Both the position numbers and the translations under genes were made by a program. From assembly GCF_001194135.2 (NCBI RefSeq), contig NC_068984.1, positions 131,725,301-131,789,300 of the forward strand: a stretch of 64,000 nucleotides of DNA, written 5' to 3'. A model generated the notes under the pieces. That model was not told the origin of the DNA. It was given only the letters and a program-made list of their open reading frames with translations, and searched no databases. Origin of the DNA: Octopus bimaculoides. Lineage: Eukaryota. Shown in pieces: positions 12,816 to 24,527 of the stretch (positions within the stretch are counted from its first letter, which is position 1; each line of letters starts with the position of its first letter).

Positions 12816-13060
12816 TGTGAAGAGAAAATGTTTGTCGTATATTGCCTGTTTTCGACTTACCATTGTGAAATCTCCATAGTAATAGAACTGCTGAGAGGGT
12901 GTTTTCTGCATCAAAGATTGGAGAAAACAGAAAGAAGCTTTACTGGAAATGTCTTAAGTAAATTATTTTTTAAAAAGGCACATAGAGGGAAGCGGTTTCT
13001 ATATCCAGAAATGGAGAAGGAACTTTTTAGACTGGATTAGAAGATTAGTGGTTATACTGT
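12816..13060 (+). pseudogene. pogo/Tigger-like transposase N-terminal fragment
   Basis: Frameshifted VKRKCLSYIACFRLTIVK / LHSNRTAERVF / IKDWRKQKEALLEM / GKRFLYPEMEKELF, matching pogo-type HTH and CENP-B HTH patterns. Confidence 0.6.
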
Positions 13061-13903
13061 ATCTCTTGTAGAGATAAAAATGGAAACTACCAAGTTATCT
13101 CCTAATCCATTGTTTAAAACTTTATTTATGGTAAGACATGCACTCAGTCTGTGGTAGAAGCCAAGATATCTCAGAAATAACTGTCTTAGATCATAAGATA
13201 TAATTATTTCAGGCTTCCATTTTGAAGTTAAGGAAGTAGCTATTTAGCAACAGTGATGTTGAAGAATCTGGTTTTTATGACTTTGGATTTGATTTTAAGT
13301 TGTAATTAATACTCATTTATTATTAATTGATAATTTCATAATTGTGCTTAATCTATGAGATGTTCTTTGGTAACTTATTTGATTTGCTTTAATGACCCCC
13401 TTTGATATATTTTACTGTCACATAATATGAATGTAGCAGCTATTTGATAACCAGGTTCATAATTTATTTTATTAATAAATGTGTTCAACATAGTGACTAA
13501 TTTAACTCCACTAATAGCAAGAAACATTTAACTTGATTTGAAAAGCTCCATGAACCTCATTTTCCATGCAGATTTTGATTATGAAAGTTTTGTACTAAGT
13601 TTTCTATGCAATATTTAGAGTGCAATTTAGAAATGAGTAAATGCAGCATTGTTGTTTACAAAGTAATTTAGAAATTAACCAATATTTTTGCATCATAACG
13701 TATTTTAGGTTTTAGGACCTTATGAGATGTTATTTTATTTGTTGCTTGAGAGAGAGTGTATGTATGTGTGTTAGCTTTGCTGTGCTTAACTCACAGTCAA
13801 AGGAAGAAAATTATTGATGGAATGGATTTAAATGATATCAATTTTTAAGGATGGGAAATAGAAGACAACAGCACAAGATAAACAATGCTGATCTCTCTCT
13901 CTC

Positions 13904-13940
<37 letters not shown>

Positions 13941-15624
13941 GTGCGCGCATGTTTGTGTAATATATATATATATCTCACACACACTTTCACACAAGTGAAT
14001 TAAAAATTACCAATATGTTTACATTTCAAATATATTGTTACTGAATGTTATGTATCACATTCTCTGATTCTCTTTTATAATTAATATCTAACCTTGGTAG
14101 AATCCGATGAATATGAGATAATTTGCTAACCTGCTGTGAAAAATTATTAATTGTAACAGCTTAACAACTTCCTCATGCAATGTTATTTTGTTGAACACTG
14201 ACTGTATGTAACACAGTTTAGTACACTGTGTAGTCAAAATATGGTGAGCACTGAACATACTGGATTTGTCTATCTAACAGTTTCAGACTTTCATTTTAAA
14301 GTATCCTGTTTAGTACTGAATACATTAATTTATTTCTTAGACATAAGAGATGTGAGATGTAGTTAAATGAATTGAAACTAGAGTATTACTGGTATTTGTT
14401 TGTTTATTTAACAACCGAAAAATCAAAGACAGCAGTTTTTCATGTCAGAATAATGTTCTCTGACGATTCTTCCATAAAGCTTCTGGAGGGGAAATGAGAT
14501 CGTTTAATGGTGGTGCTTTCTCAAAGACATTAGTTTTGTAAGAAAAGTGTAATGAATGATATTTTGACTTCACTGTTTGTTGGCAATTTGACTTCACTGT
14601 TTGTTGCTATGTTATGCTTGAAATAGCTGCAAACCTTTTTGAGCCACAACAGAAATGTTGTTAAAGTAGTTTCAGTAATACAATATTAGTTTTAAACACA
14701 AGTAAAAGCTACACAGAGAATTATCTGCTCATCAGCAGGAATTTTAGCTGAATGATTAATCTGTTATATTTGTAAGTATGATGACAGAATATTAGCAACT
14801 CACTAAGAAGATAATGTCTATTTGTAATAACAAGTTGAGTGCGGCAGAATATGATTGCTTTTTTTCCCACAGAACTCTGCAAACATAGTAAAAGCTTTAT
14901 AAAAATGACATCTTTTTTTGGATAAGATAAAAATTGACAGTGGCTTAAATTTAAGAGATACTTTTTATATGGCAGGAAGACCAATCTCCAGTTTTTATGG
15001 TTGTTCACTTTAGTGTTGTTTTTTTAAATTTTGGTTGGTAGTTCATTCAGTTTGATTATTATTATTAGTAGTAGTAGTATCCTTTTCTACATTTTCAGTG
15101 TACTGATGAAGCCGATAGTGCACATACACCTTTTGCAAAGACTATGACCTGCTACAATTGTTTGCCAGAATTAGTAGATAATTCTTTATCCAGGTGATTT
15201 AATCAATGTTGAAGGTGAAGTTTGTGGTAGTGTAGAGACTGTAAAATCAATATTAATGATTAGAGGATTATTTTGATCAAGCTATATAGTATATATGTTA
15301 GATGCGTTATGAAACATCAAATGAGTTGAATTAAACTGCAATAGAGTTTGTAAATTTATTGGCTGGGGTATTATGGTCATATATTTCAAGTTAGTTGCAA
15401 TCTGAGCAATGATGGAAATTAAAGAGTTGAGACACTTCCAAATATCATCAGGTTTTTCAGATACACAGTGTCTAACAATTTATACTAATCTCTCATTAGC
15501 ATAGTAAAGCAGTAGAATCTCAGGAAACTGGCAATGGTCTGTGCCAGTAGTAATGCAAAGAGTTCAAACTGTGGGATAAATGTTACAATTGAGGAAGAAG
15601 TCAAAAGTTTCAAGCAGAATTTTT

Positions 15625-16103
15625 GGATCTATTTCAAAATGGGGGCACCAGTATTTTCTTCAGCTGAATAGAGTTACTGCTGGGCGGTCATAAAAATGTT
15701 ATTCCCTGTGACATATTTCATCCAGTTTAATCGTAATTTATACGCATATATTGTTTATATAATAAATTACGCTGTGCGTATCTATGTGTGTAACAATTTT
15801 AGAGTTCGGATTCTAGAGTTAGGGTTAGGGTTAGGGTTAACAGTCTAGTTAGGGTTAGGGTTAGGGGATTAATACGATATACACCATTACAGCGCTAACT
15901 GTTTTCAACTGAATAGACGTCAGTGATTAGTAGAAATTATCGAAATAAGACAATTTTTTACATGAAATAAATTTGAATATAAAAATTTTTTTCTGTTCTA
16001 TAACACAAAATAGATAAGTATACGAAGTTTGAAAGTCTTTCGGTACCAAAAGCACTACATAAAACATAAATGAAAACTGGCGCCCCCGTTTTGAAATAGA
16101 TCC
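15625..16103. mobile_element. Non-autonomous GG...CC DNA transposon (Merlin- or MULE-like MITE) with internal TTAGGG tracts, copy 1
   Basis: TIR ggatctatttcaaaatgggggcaccag / ctggcgcccccgttttgaaatagatcc; perfect 8-bp TSD gaattttt (15617-15624, 16104-16111); (TTAGGG)3 at 15819-15836 and 15849-15866. Confidence 0.9.
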
Positions 16104-16129
16104 GAATTTTTCAATGGTGAGAGAGAGAG

Positions 16130-17005
16130 GAGGTATTTTTGTTTCACTGGAGTAATAGAGAGGAAAGTCATGAGAGTGAAAGAAAATTGTTACAACAGGG
16201 AATAAAGGAGGAAGAGGGAAAAGTTACAAGTGTTAGTGAAAAGAGTCGGTCAAATTTCCTCTTTGGAATTTTAACTTTACCATCTTTGACACTTCTGTTA
16301 CCTTGTTCAGTATCTGCTTCGTTCGATACTTTCACCACCACCGACATGACATTTTCCCATCTCTGTTAATTATAGAACCACTGGCTGACACAAGAGCTGC
16401 AATCTTGTTCTTATAATTTCTTTGACTCCAATGAATTTGACAATAAAAACTTGGGTTTTTTTTTTTTTTCAATATCTAACAGAATGCCATATTTCTTCCT
16501 CCTTCCAAACAGGGTTATTCTGTATGGTGAGTCTATGCCACAGTCGACCAAGTCACCAGCAGAGCCTATACATGTTTTCTCCAAACACACTGAAGCATTT
16601 TGACAGTTTCCTTTTCTACTACTTTTCTCTCATCTGCTTTGCTTCTTCAACAAACTCCCTTCTGCAATTTTTGCTGCCTTGCCTCTGACACCCAAACAGC
16701 TTCTATATTTCCTAATCCTTCTTCCCTCATTTTCAAAATTGACAAAATCTTACATGACTTCATTAAAAGCTCCCTTCCAATGTCTTTAAATGTCCCCATT
16801 GTGTATGCTATGCTTGTCCCTTTAATTCCAAGAGTGCACTCATAACTGGTCTCAAAGCCTATTGCACTTCTAGAATGTAAAGTGTAAATTCTGAAAGTGT
16901 CTATAAGTCAGTGAAAATGGATACCGTCTAGATAACAATTTCTGCAAGTGTATCTTGCAACCTCCAAATCCTTAATTCTGTTCGTCAGGCCACTTCTTCA
17001 AACAT
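16130..17005 (-). mobile_element. RTE-clade LINE fragment (endonuclease-RT linker), decayed
   Basis: Minus-strand pieces RIWRLQD, WGHLKTL, LVDCGID; many stops and frameshifts. Confidence 0.6.
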
Positions 17006-17193
17006 TGTGTGTATGTATATGCATGCACATATATATACATAAATGAGTTTAAAGGGATTTATTATCCTAGCGGTAGATGTGTTACCTCTCAAGATGATTT
17101 CAGATGCCAGCTAACCACAACAGTCCTTATGTGGTATCCAAGCTAACAATTAGTTGCTAGGCTATGGTAACTTTTCTTGCTGGGTAAATTTGA

Positions 17194-17431
17194 GGAAACA
17201 CTTAGATGTATATATAAACAAACATAATTTACATCTACATATTTATGCATTTCCTTAGGTTTTCTCATATGTAAGTGTGTGCATACACATAGATGTGCAC
17301 ACACACACAAATGCATATGTGTGTGTGCATTATGTGGCGGGGCTGTTTGTGTGCACTTACATATGAGAAAGCCTTAGGAAATACATAAATGTGTGAATGT
17401 AAGTTGTTTGTTTATATATACATCTGTTTCC
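17194..17431. repeat. Long imperfect inverted repeat (about 80-bp arms)
   Basis: ggaaaca..gatgtatatataaacaaaca...atttccttaggttttctcatatgtaagtg pairs with cacttacatatgagaaagccttaggaaat...tgtttgtttatatatacatctgtttcc. Confidence 0.85.
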
Positions 17432-18116
17432 TTATATTTACATGTTTATGCATGTGTCAGTGTGTGTGTGTGTATGGTGTTTTCTTGTATTTACCTCCTC
17501 TCTCAACATTTTTCAAATCTGCTGGCATTCCTTATTTGACTGTTTTCCTCTCCTATAACAGCTACCTCTCTTTTCATCTCTATTACACCCTCCACCTTTA
17601 GTTTTGGTTGTTAGAATTTTCTCTTTCCCTCTTACTACTTCCAATTTATTATTCCAGCAACATCAGTAAGCACAACGTCTTTTTCCAATAAAAAATCATG
17701 CCCAAAACTTAGATTTCTCTTCTTCACAGCATAAAATTTATTCCACTGCTTGATCTCTTTACCTTGGGGCCACTCTAAAACATCTTTATATTTCCTGTCT
17801 CAGCATTTGTTCACCTATAATTAACATCCGTTTCCAGTGCAATCCAAATTTTATTAAAGAAAATATCTGTATTTTAATGATGAATATTTAGCTTTTTACA
17901 TTTAGAATAGAATATTTTTGAGAACATTTGTATGATTGTCATTTTTTTTTTAACCTTGAAACTATTTTAATTATATTTATTAGATTCCTATTGTATTTGA
18001 CATGTGATATTTTGAAAACTTTTAAATGAAAGTTTAGTATTTCATGGCCATAACAGGTATTTTGAAAGGAAATGAAGGGTGCACAATTTTTGTAAGTGAT
18101 TCATCATTAGCTGTTA

Positions 18117-18260
18117 TATTTATGAAAATACTAAATTAAAATCTTATATATATATATATATATGAAAATACTAAATTAAAATATTATATATATATATATA
18201 TTTATGAAAATACTAAATTAGAATACTATATATATATACATTTATGAAAATACTAAATTA

Positions 18261-18302
<42 letters not shown>

Positions 18303-18346
18303 NNNNNNNNNNNNNNNNNNNNNNNNNNNNNNNNNNNNNNNNNNNN

Positions 18347-18386
<40 letters not shown>

Positions 18387-18403
18387 ATACAAAATTAAAA
18401 TCT

Positions 18404-18420
<17 letters not shown>
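18117..18420. repeat. Minisatellite atgaaaatactaaattaaaat + (AT)n, about 5 units, spanning an N gap
   Basis: Unit visibly repeated at about 18122, 18163, 18204, 18244, 18381; gap 18303-18346. Confidence 0.85.
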
Positions 18421-18460
<40 letters not shown>

Positions 18461-18569
18461 ATTATATAATATGTATTGTTATATAGTATATATTATTCTA
18501 TAATATATATAGACATTTATATAATAAATGCTAATACTGAACAGTGAGAATGAGTGCTCTGGTAGATAA

Positions 18570-19382
18570 ATAGTCTTTATTTGTGGGTTAAGAAGACTAC
18601 CAATAGTTTCATATTAAGAAGGATCACTTTTTTAATGCCATTCTTGGGTCTTTTTAGCTGTGTGACAAAGAGCCCCATCTTCCATAAATAGTCTTCTTTA
18701 ATCATTTCACCATTGGAGAAAATTGGAAGGAGTCTTTTCTGCAATATGGACGCATATTTATCTGAGTTTATGTTTCCATCACACTCCACCAGCTCTGATT
18801 GGCCATTGCTTCAAATTGCTCCCCAGACCATTTCAGAATAGCTACCTTGTTTCATTGTTGGTGGCAATCTTTTCATGTTAAATTCTTTATCACAGAGTCT
18901 CCAGACCCACACTCAACTACTGTCAGAAAATATAGCAAATCTGAACTCATCAGAAAATATGATAGTGTCCCAAAACGCTAACAGCCACTTCACTGCTAAG
19001 TCAGAGGCCTTGCAATGAGGATTATCCTCCACACTTAACAAAGCAAATGGTCCTGTCAGGGTGCTCTGGTCGACCTGGGCAATGTGACATGGACTCCTTC
19101 CCCTCGCTGATGAATTGCACAATCACTCTATTAACTGTAGAAAGCAGGGGCATAACGTTTTCTGTGATTTTACACTAAGTTCACTTACAGATTGACCCAC
19201 AATATGACCTCTATGAAATTTGGACAGTTCCAAGGCATCTTTTGCACATGGCATAATTAAACAGTCACATATAGAACCCAAAACATAAAAATGTCAATTA
19301 AAAAAAAATGCAAACCTTTTTCAAGTTAAAATAAACAAAACAAGATTTTATAGCATGTCTATTTACTTTTGTCATGGATGTG
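18570..19382 (-). mobile_element. Truncated Tc1-like transposon
   Basis: TIIFSDEFRF, CDGNINSDKYASILQKRLLP, FMEDGALCHTAKKTQEWH; single TIR-like end catgtctatttacttttgtcatggatgtg followed by TA. Confidence 0.8.
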
Positions 19383-21794
19383 TATATAAATATGTATATA
19401 TAGCCATGTGATTGAGTCTGAAAGCCTATAGGTCAATTCAGGATATTAAAAAGTTTTCTCACATGTACAAATTATAAGTGTGGGTAGTTTTAAATGCACT
19501 AAATTAAAGTAAAGTTAATAGTAATTGTTTAGTTCCAGGATATCCTTGATTGTGGGTTAAATGCACTTCAGCTATGATTTTCTGTTGTTTTTAAATACCT
19601 AGAATTACACTGAGTAATGTATTCTTCCTATTTTAAGATGATAGGATATGGTCGTTTGAGGGAGATTTTGGCTATTTATTGCAGCTCAAGCAACCACATA
19701 GAAGATCAGTGACTCAAATCAAGATAATTTTTCTGAAAGAAGTTATTAGAAATGAGAAAGAGTTATCAAAGGAAATCTCATACTCTTTTCTTGTTATCAA
19801 CATAGTCTTTTGGTCTATATTCAATGTGAGAATACTCTATCATAGCTGCTCATGCTGGGGTTCCAAGCCATTAATTTGATTAGTTTCGTCTCTAGCCCTC
19901 GTTCTGTAAAGTTGAGTTTACAACCTCTCTCTCCTTCATCACCAAAGAGAAACAAGTATACCCATCACAGAGTTTCTTATTTTCTCCCATAAACAGTGTG
20001 ACCCTAATTTGGAACTTACCGCGGATATCACTCACAACTTAGGACACTGCATGAAGCATTTCCATATCTCCAAGACAGGTAACATTTCTGATTGTCTGCT
20101 AAAATCTCTTGTCTTCCTGTCTCAAAAAGAATAGAGACATCACCAATGACAAACTTCTTTATCATTTTGAGTGACTTAATCTGTCTATTAACAGCTAATA
20201 ATTTTTTTTTTTTAGCGCTAGAGCAATTATTTTTTCTTAAGTTACAAACCAGTGGTCATAGAGAAAGCTTTGTTGCTCATGACAACAAGGCTTTTGGCTA
20301 TACCTGTACAAGAGTCCCTTACATAAGTTGTTTATTTTTTGGCTCCATTTACCTTTCATTAAACTGACTAGGAATCCTCAACATGGTCACTTGACCTGTT
20401 GGTCAACTCACATTCTGCTAACTTAAATAAGTAAAGGACAGACTGGATAATGTAGAATTAGGATGATTACAGCTTGTATTCTTTTACTGGTAGGTTTGCT
20501 TGATCAGGGTTGACCTGGAGGTAAATAAAACAAGACCTAATCTCTTATATTGGAAGTTTCTTATCAAACCATGTATCAACAGGGCTTTCTCCCCTGTCCA
20601 ATTCCATCAGGTTAGATGAACCTACCTCAGAGTTCAGTTATTGCTAATATCACACTCCTATCAGCTCCCACTCATTTCTTAGCATTTTTCTTATGAGCTT
20701 CATACATATTCCCCAAACAATGGCCCTGTAAATGAACATTTCAAAACTGTAAGGGCACAATCACTATATATAGCAAGAAAATGCATATACATCATACTTT
20801 CCCTTCTAATGAACAACAGTATACAGCTAAAGCTTATACACTCTCGACAAACTCTTGACCTCTGGTCACCTTTCATAACAACAACAACAACAACAACATA
20901 TCTATAATATAGTGAAGAGCTAGTCAAGACTGCATCTCAAAGGCTAAGCTCCCTGTTTGGGGGCTATAAATTATTTCAGCTTTAAACAGCTGCTGACCTT
21001 ATGATGTACAAGTGCATCTTTGTATTGCTCACTTAATTGGTTCAGTACTGCTGCCACTCACAAGCATGTCAAGAGAAAGGCCACACAACTGGTAGATGGT
21101 AGACAAACCTTTACTCACCAACACATGACCACTCACTCACTCACTAATCTAGTGTTTATTTTTCCTTCCTTCTCTCACCCTCTCTCCCGCTTACTGCAAC
21201 AACAATAGTTTCTGTTAGTCTTGCACTATAAGCATTTCTCTCTCTCCTTTTTTTTAAAGGATCTACTAAAGACAACTAGTTAGAGTACTATTTCTCTATA
21301 AGGGTTTTGGATTAGTGATTATGTATTTATGTATATGAAGAGAGAGGAAGGTTAGCTAGTGAGAGAGTGGATTATGCTCTTTCTGTACTGATGCATATGT
21401 TTTACAAGCACATGGAAAAGGAAGCAGGATTCTGCAGCTACATGCAGCTTGAAATTTGATCTATTTTAAAGTGAAAATTCTAAGAGTTGTATTTTACTGC
21501 ATCAATAAAAGTTGTCCTCAGATATTCTGCTCCTAAGAAAGGCCTTAAAATTAAAGGGAGTGAACTGTCAGGTACTGTTGAAATATTTAAAAATACGTAT
21601 TACATAATATATATATATATTTTTTTTTTACATTATTACTTCATAGTAAAAAAAAATATTGTATGAAGCTACCTAATTTTTTTCTTTCTTTTTTCACTAT
21701 GTTACTATTTATCTTGTTTCTTTCCTTTACTTTTTCACTTTGAAAATACTGATAATATACAATTTTTTTAAACATTCTAAAAGTTATTGTTACT

Positions 21795-21955
21795 ATCAAG
21801 GCAGTGGATAGGTGAATAAGTAAAGTTTTGGACAAATGCGTCTCTATATTTGTTACTTTACGTTTGGAGTTCGAATCCCGATTGTTTAGTTTCATTCTTA
21901 CTGGAGTCATTTAATCACTAATATTTCTTCAAAATATGTATCCTTGTGCCTGTAT
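21795..21955 (+). mobile_element. SINE, family B (degenerate)
   Basis: gagttcgaatccc B-box; tatccttgtgcctgtata 3' end. Confidence 0.5.
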
Positions 21956-21974
21956 AAAATTGTTTTTCTTTTAA

Positions 21975-22574
21975 TAATTGTTTCTGATTTACGTACAAGG
22001 CCTGCAATTTTGAGGGGAGGTATAAGTCGATACCACCAACCCTAGTTCTTGTCTGGTGCTTTATTTTATCGACCCCAAAGAGATGAATGGCAACGTTGAC
22101 ATCCGCTGGATTTGAACTCTGAGCGTATAAGAATCACGATCAAATACCGAAAGGCATTTTTTTTGCCGACACTCAAACTATTTCTACCAATTCACCACCC
22201 TAATAATAACAATAAAGATTCTTTCTACTACTGACAAAAGGCTTGAAATTGTGTGGGAGGTGGGGCAGTCGATTACATCGACCTCATTGCCCTACTGGTA
22301 CTTATTTTATCGACCCCGAAAGGATGAAAGGTGAAATCGACCTCGATAGGATTTGAACACAGAACGTAAAGACCCGGGAGAAATGCCGCTAAACATTTTG
22401 TCCGATGCGCTACCGATTCTTGCAATTCGCAATAATAATAACAATCCTTTCTACGAAAGGCACAAGGCCTGAAATCCGGGGGGACGGAACTAGCCAATTA
22501 CATCGACCTCATTGTTTCACTGGTACTTAATTTATCGACCCCGAAAGGATAAACGGCAAAGTCGACCTCGGAGG
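21975..22574 (-). mobile_element. Three head-to-tail family B SINEs
   Basis: tggtacttattttatcgaccccgaaaggatgaaagg core repeated three times, separated by (AAT)n tails; third copy 5'-truncated. Confidence 0.88.
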
Positions 22575-22605
22575 AAAATAATAATAATAATAATACTGCA
22601 GCGAG

Positions 22606-22815
22606 TGAAGTAGCAGAAATGATAGTGTCAGCGTAGCAGTGTTTTTAATTTAATCCTTACACATTCTGTGTTCAGATTCCATCAGGTCCACTTTGGCCTT
22701 TTATCCCACCAGGGTTGATGATAAAATAAAATACTAAACAGGGAGTCAACTGAATCAATCACCTGTGACGCCGCTACAAGTGTAGGTACATGTGCACCAC
22801 GAGAAGTCATCATCG
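22606..22815 (+). mobile_element. SINE, family B (degenerate)
   Basis: gttcagattccatcaggtccactttggccttttatccc core. Confidence 0.55.
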
Positions 22816-22819
22816 CTAT

Positions 22820-24349
22820 AATAATTGTTGGCCGAGGAAGATAGAATAATATCAACTGCATACTTTATACACGCTCGGTAAACTCCCTGTTTTCAGTGTA
22901 ACTTTTATTAGGTTTGACTTTACTTTTATCTCTGCAGGTTATATATAATAAATACCTTAATATTGTGAAGTTGGTTTAATTAACTTTACTCTTTGCAATT
23001 GTACGTGACTGAAAGAAATAATTATTACTATTCTTATTCGAGTAGTGGAAATTTTTACTTTTTCATTACTTTTTACAGTTAAGTAAAAACCAACAAATTT
23101 ATACTTTAAATGCAATGTGTGTGTGTGTGTGTGTGTATAAATTATGTATTCAACTAGATAGATGCAAGGCGAAAAATAAATGTAAACAATTTCATTTCTA
23201 GTATTTGATGAGTATTACCTTTGATGAGTATTACCTTTCTCATCGTGTGTGGAGAACCGTGTACCCGTGTATGTATGTTATGTATGTGCGCGCGTGTATA
23301 TATATATAGATGTACGTGTTGTGTGTGTGATTTTTAGGTGGTTTTCTTTTTCTTTTCTTTTTTCTAATTCGGTGTGAAATACCTTAACTAACATAAATAA
23401 TTAGTCATTAAAATATATAGTTCTGGACTATCTATTGTAATGAATAGTCATACCTTCACACAGACTAATTTAATCTTATGATCAGTGTGTTTACAAATGT
23501 GTTTAGTAGGATCTAGAAAAAGTGACACAAACATTTAGTCAAACAGCTGTTCATTAACTGCAATGTATCAACAGTTGTACGTTCATAGTTTGTTTTTACA
23601 CATTGACCAGCAAACATGACAAATTAAAAAAAAAAAATGTCCTCCACATATATTAGCACTTGATTTTGGAAAGACTGTACACTCCCTCGTTCACCTTGTT
23701 GGCCTAGAATCAGTTTGCACTGCACAGAATTAGCTATGCAATCGTACTGCTCACACATTTTTAACTGTTGATCTCGCCGAACACACTCCTTGCTTTTAAC
23801 TGCATTAACAAGCCAATGGCCTACTTTTGCAGGAATTGTTAAAAGTGCACCTGACCTGTCAGTAGCAGTGGTGGAGTGGGCAGGCAGGCAAGCAGGATAG
23901 CTAGCTGGGGATGGGCTGGATGGTTGGTTGCCTAAATGAATGCAAGCCACCCAGTAAGAGTACAGATAACCGCATAATTAACCATGCAGCAGCAGCAACA
24001 GTAGCTGTTGCTGCTTGCATGGTTAAAAAGAAATTGCTTTATGTGTGCAGCAACACTACTGTCAACAACAAGTCTATACACAGCAGTAGCAGCAGTTAGA
24101 GTCTCTGCTGCATCATCACAGTTTCTGCCCTGCTCACGGAGGAAGCATATTAACCTGACTGAGCAACTTAACAATGCTTATTCACTTGCCTTCTGCCCAG
24201 CTGCAAACCTTTCATTGCAAAGCAAGGCAATAAGTAGTCCTGATCAACACACTAAGAAAAAAAAAATAATCTCGAATATTTTCATTATCAATCATCTTTT
24301 TCAGTAAATCTCAACTCTGTATTCATGTTCTGTTTCTATTAGTTGAGGG
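22820..24349 (+). promoter_or_regulatory. Possible promoter / 5'-UTR exon region of an unidentified gene
   Basis: No recognisable TE, locally higher GC with (GCA)-rich tracts, CpGs retained, strong donor gag|GTAAGT at 24350. Inference only. Confidence 0.3.
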
Positions 24350-24479
24350 GTAAGTAAACACTTAGCAACAAATTATTAACTTTCTTTCTTGATGTATAGT
24401 TTCTTGTTTTTTTTTATTGATCTTTAAAAAATGGAATTGATAATGGTTGTATGTGTGTATAAGCGCGTGCGTGTGTATT

Positions 24480-24527
<48 letters not shown>

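Noticed and set aside
15819-15866. Chromosome end or fusion site
   Set aside because: Only 2x3 repeats, inside a TSD-flanked transposon that recurs at 54 kb.
17760-17830. Similarity of LHWKRMLIIGEQM (minus) to LHWYRYFVHEGGQM at 36.8 kb
   Set aside because: The match is about 17 nt and does not extend; consistent with chance.
23203-23240. Short tandem duplications (also about 14563-14607 and 41005-41055)
   Set aside because: Two or three short units with no spacers; ordinary slippage, not CRISPR-like arrays.
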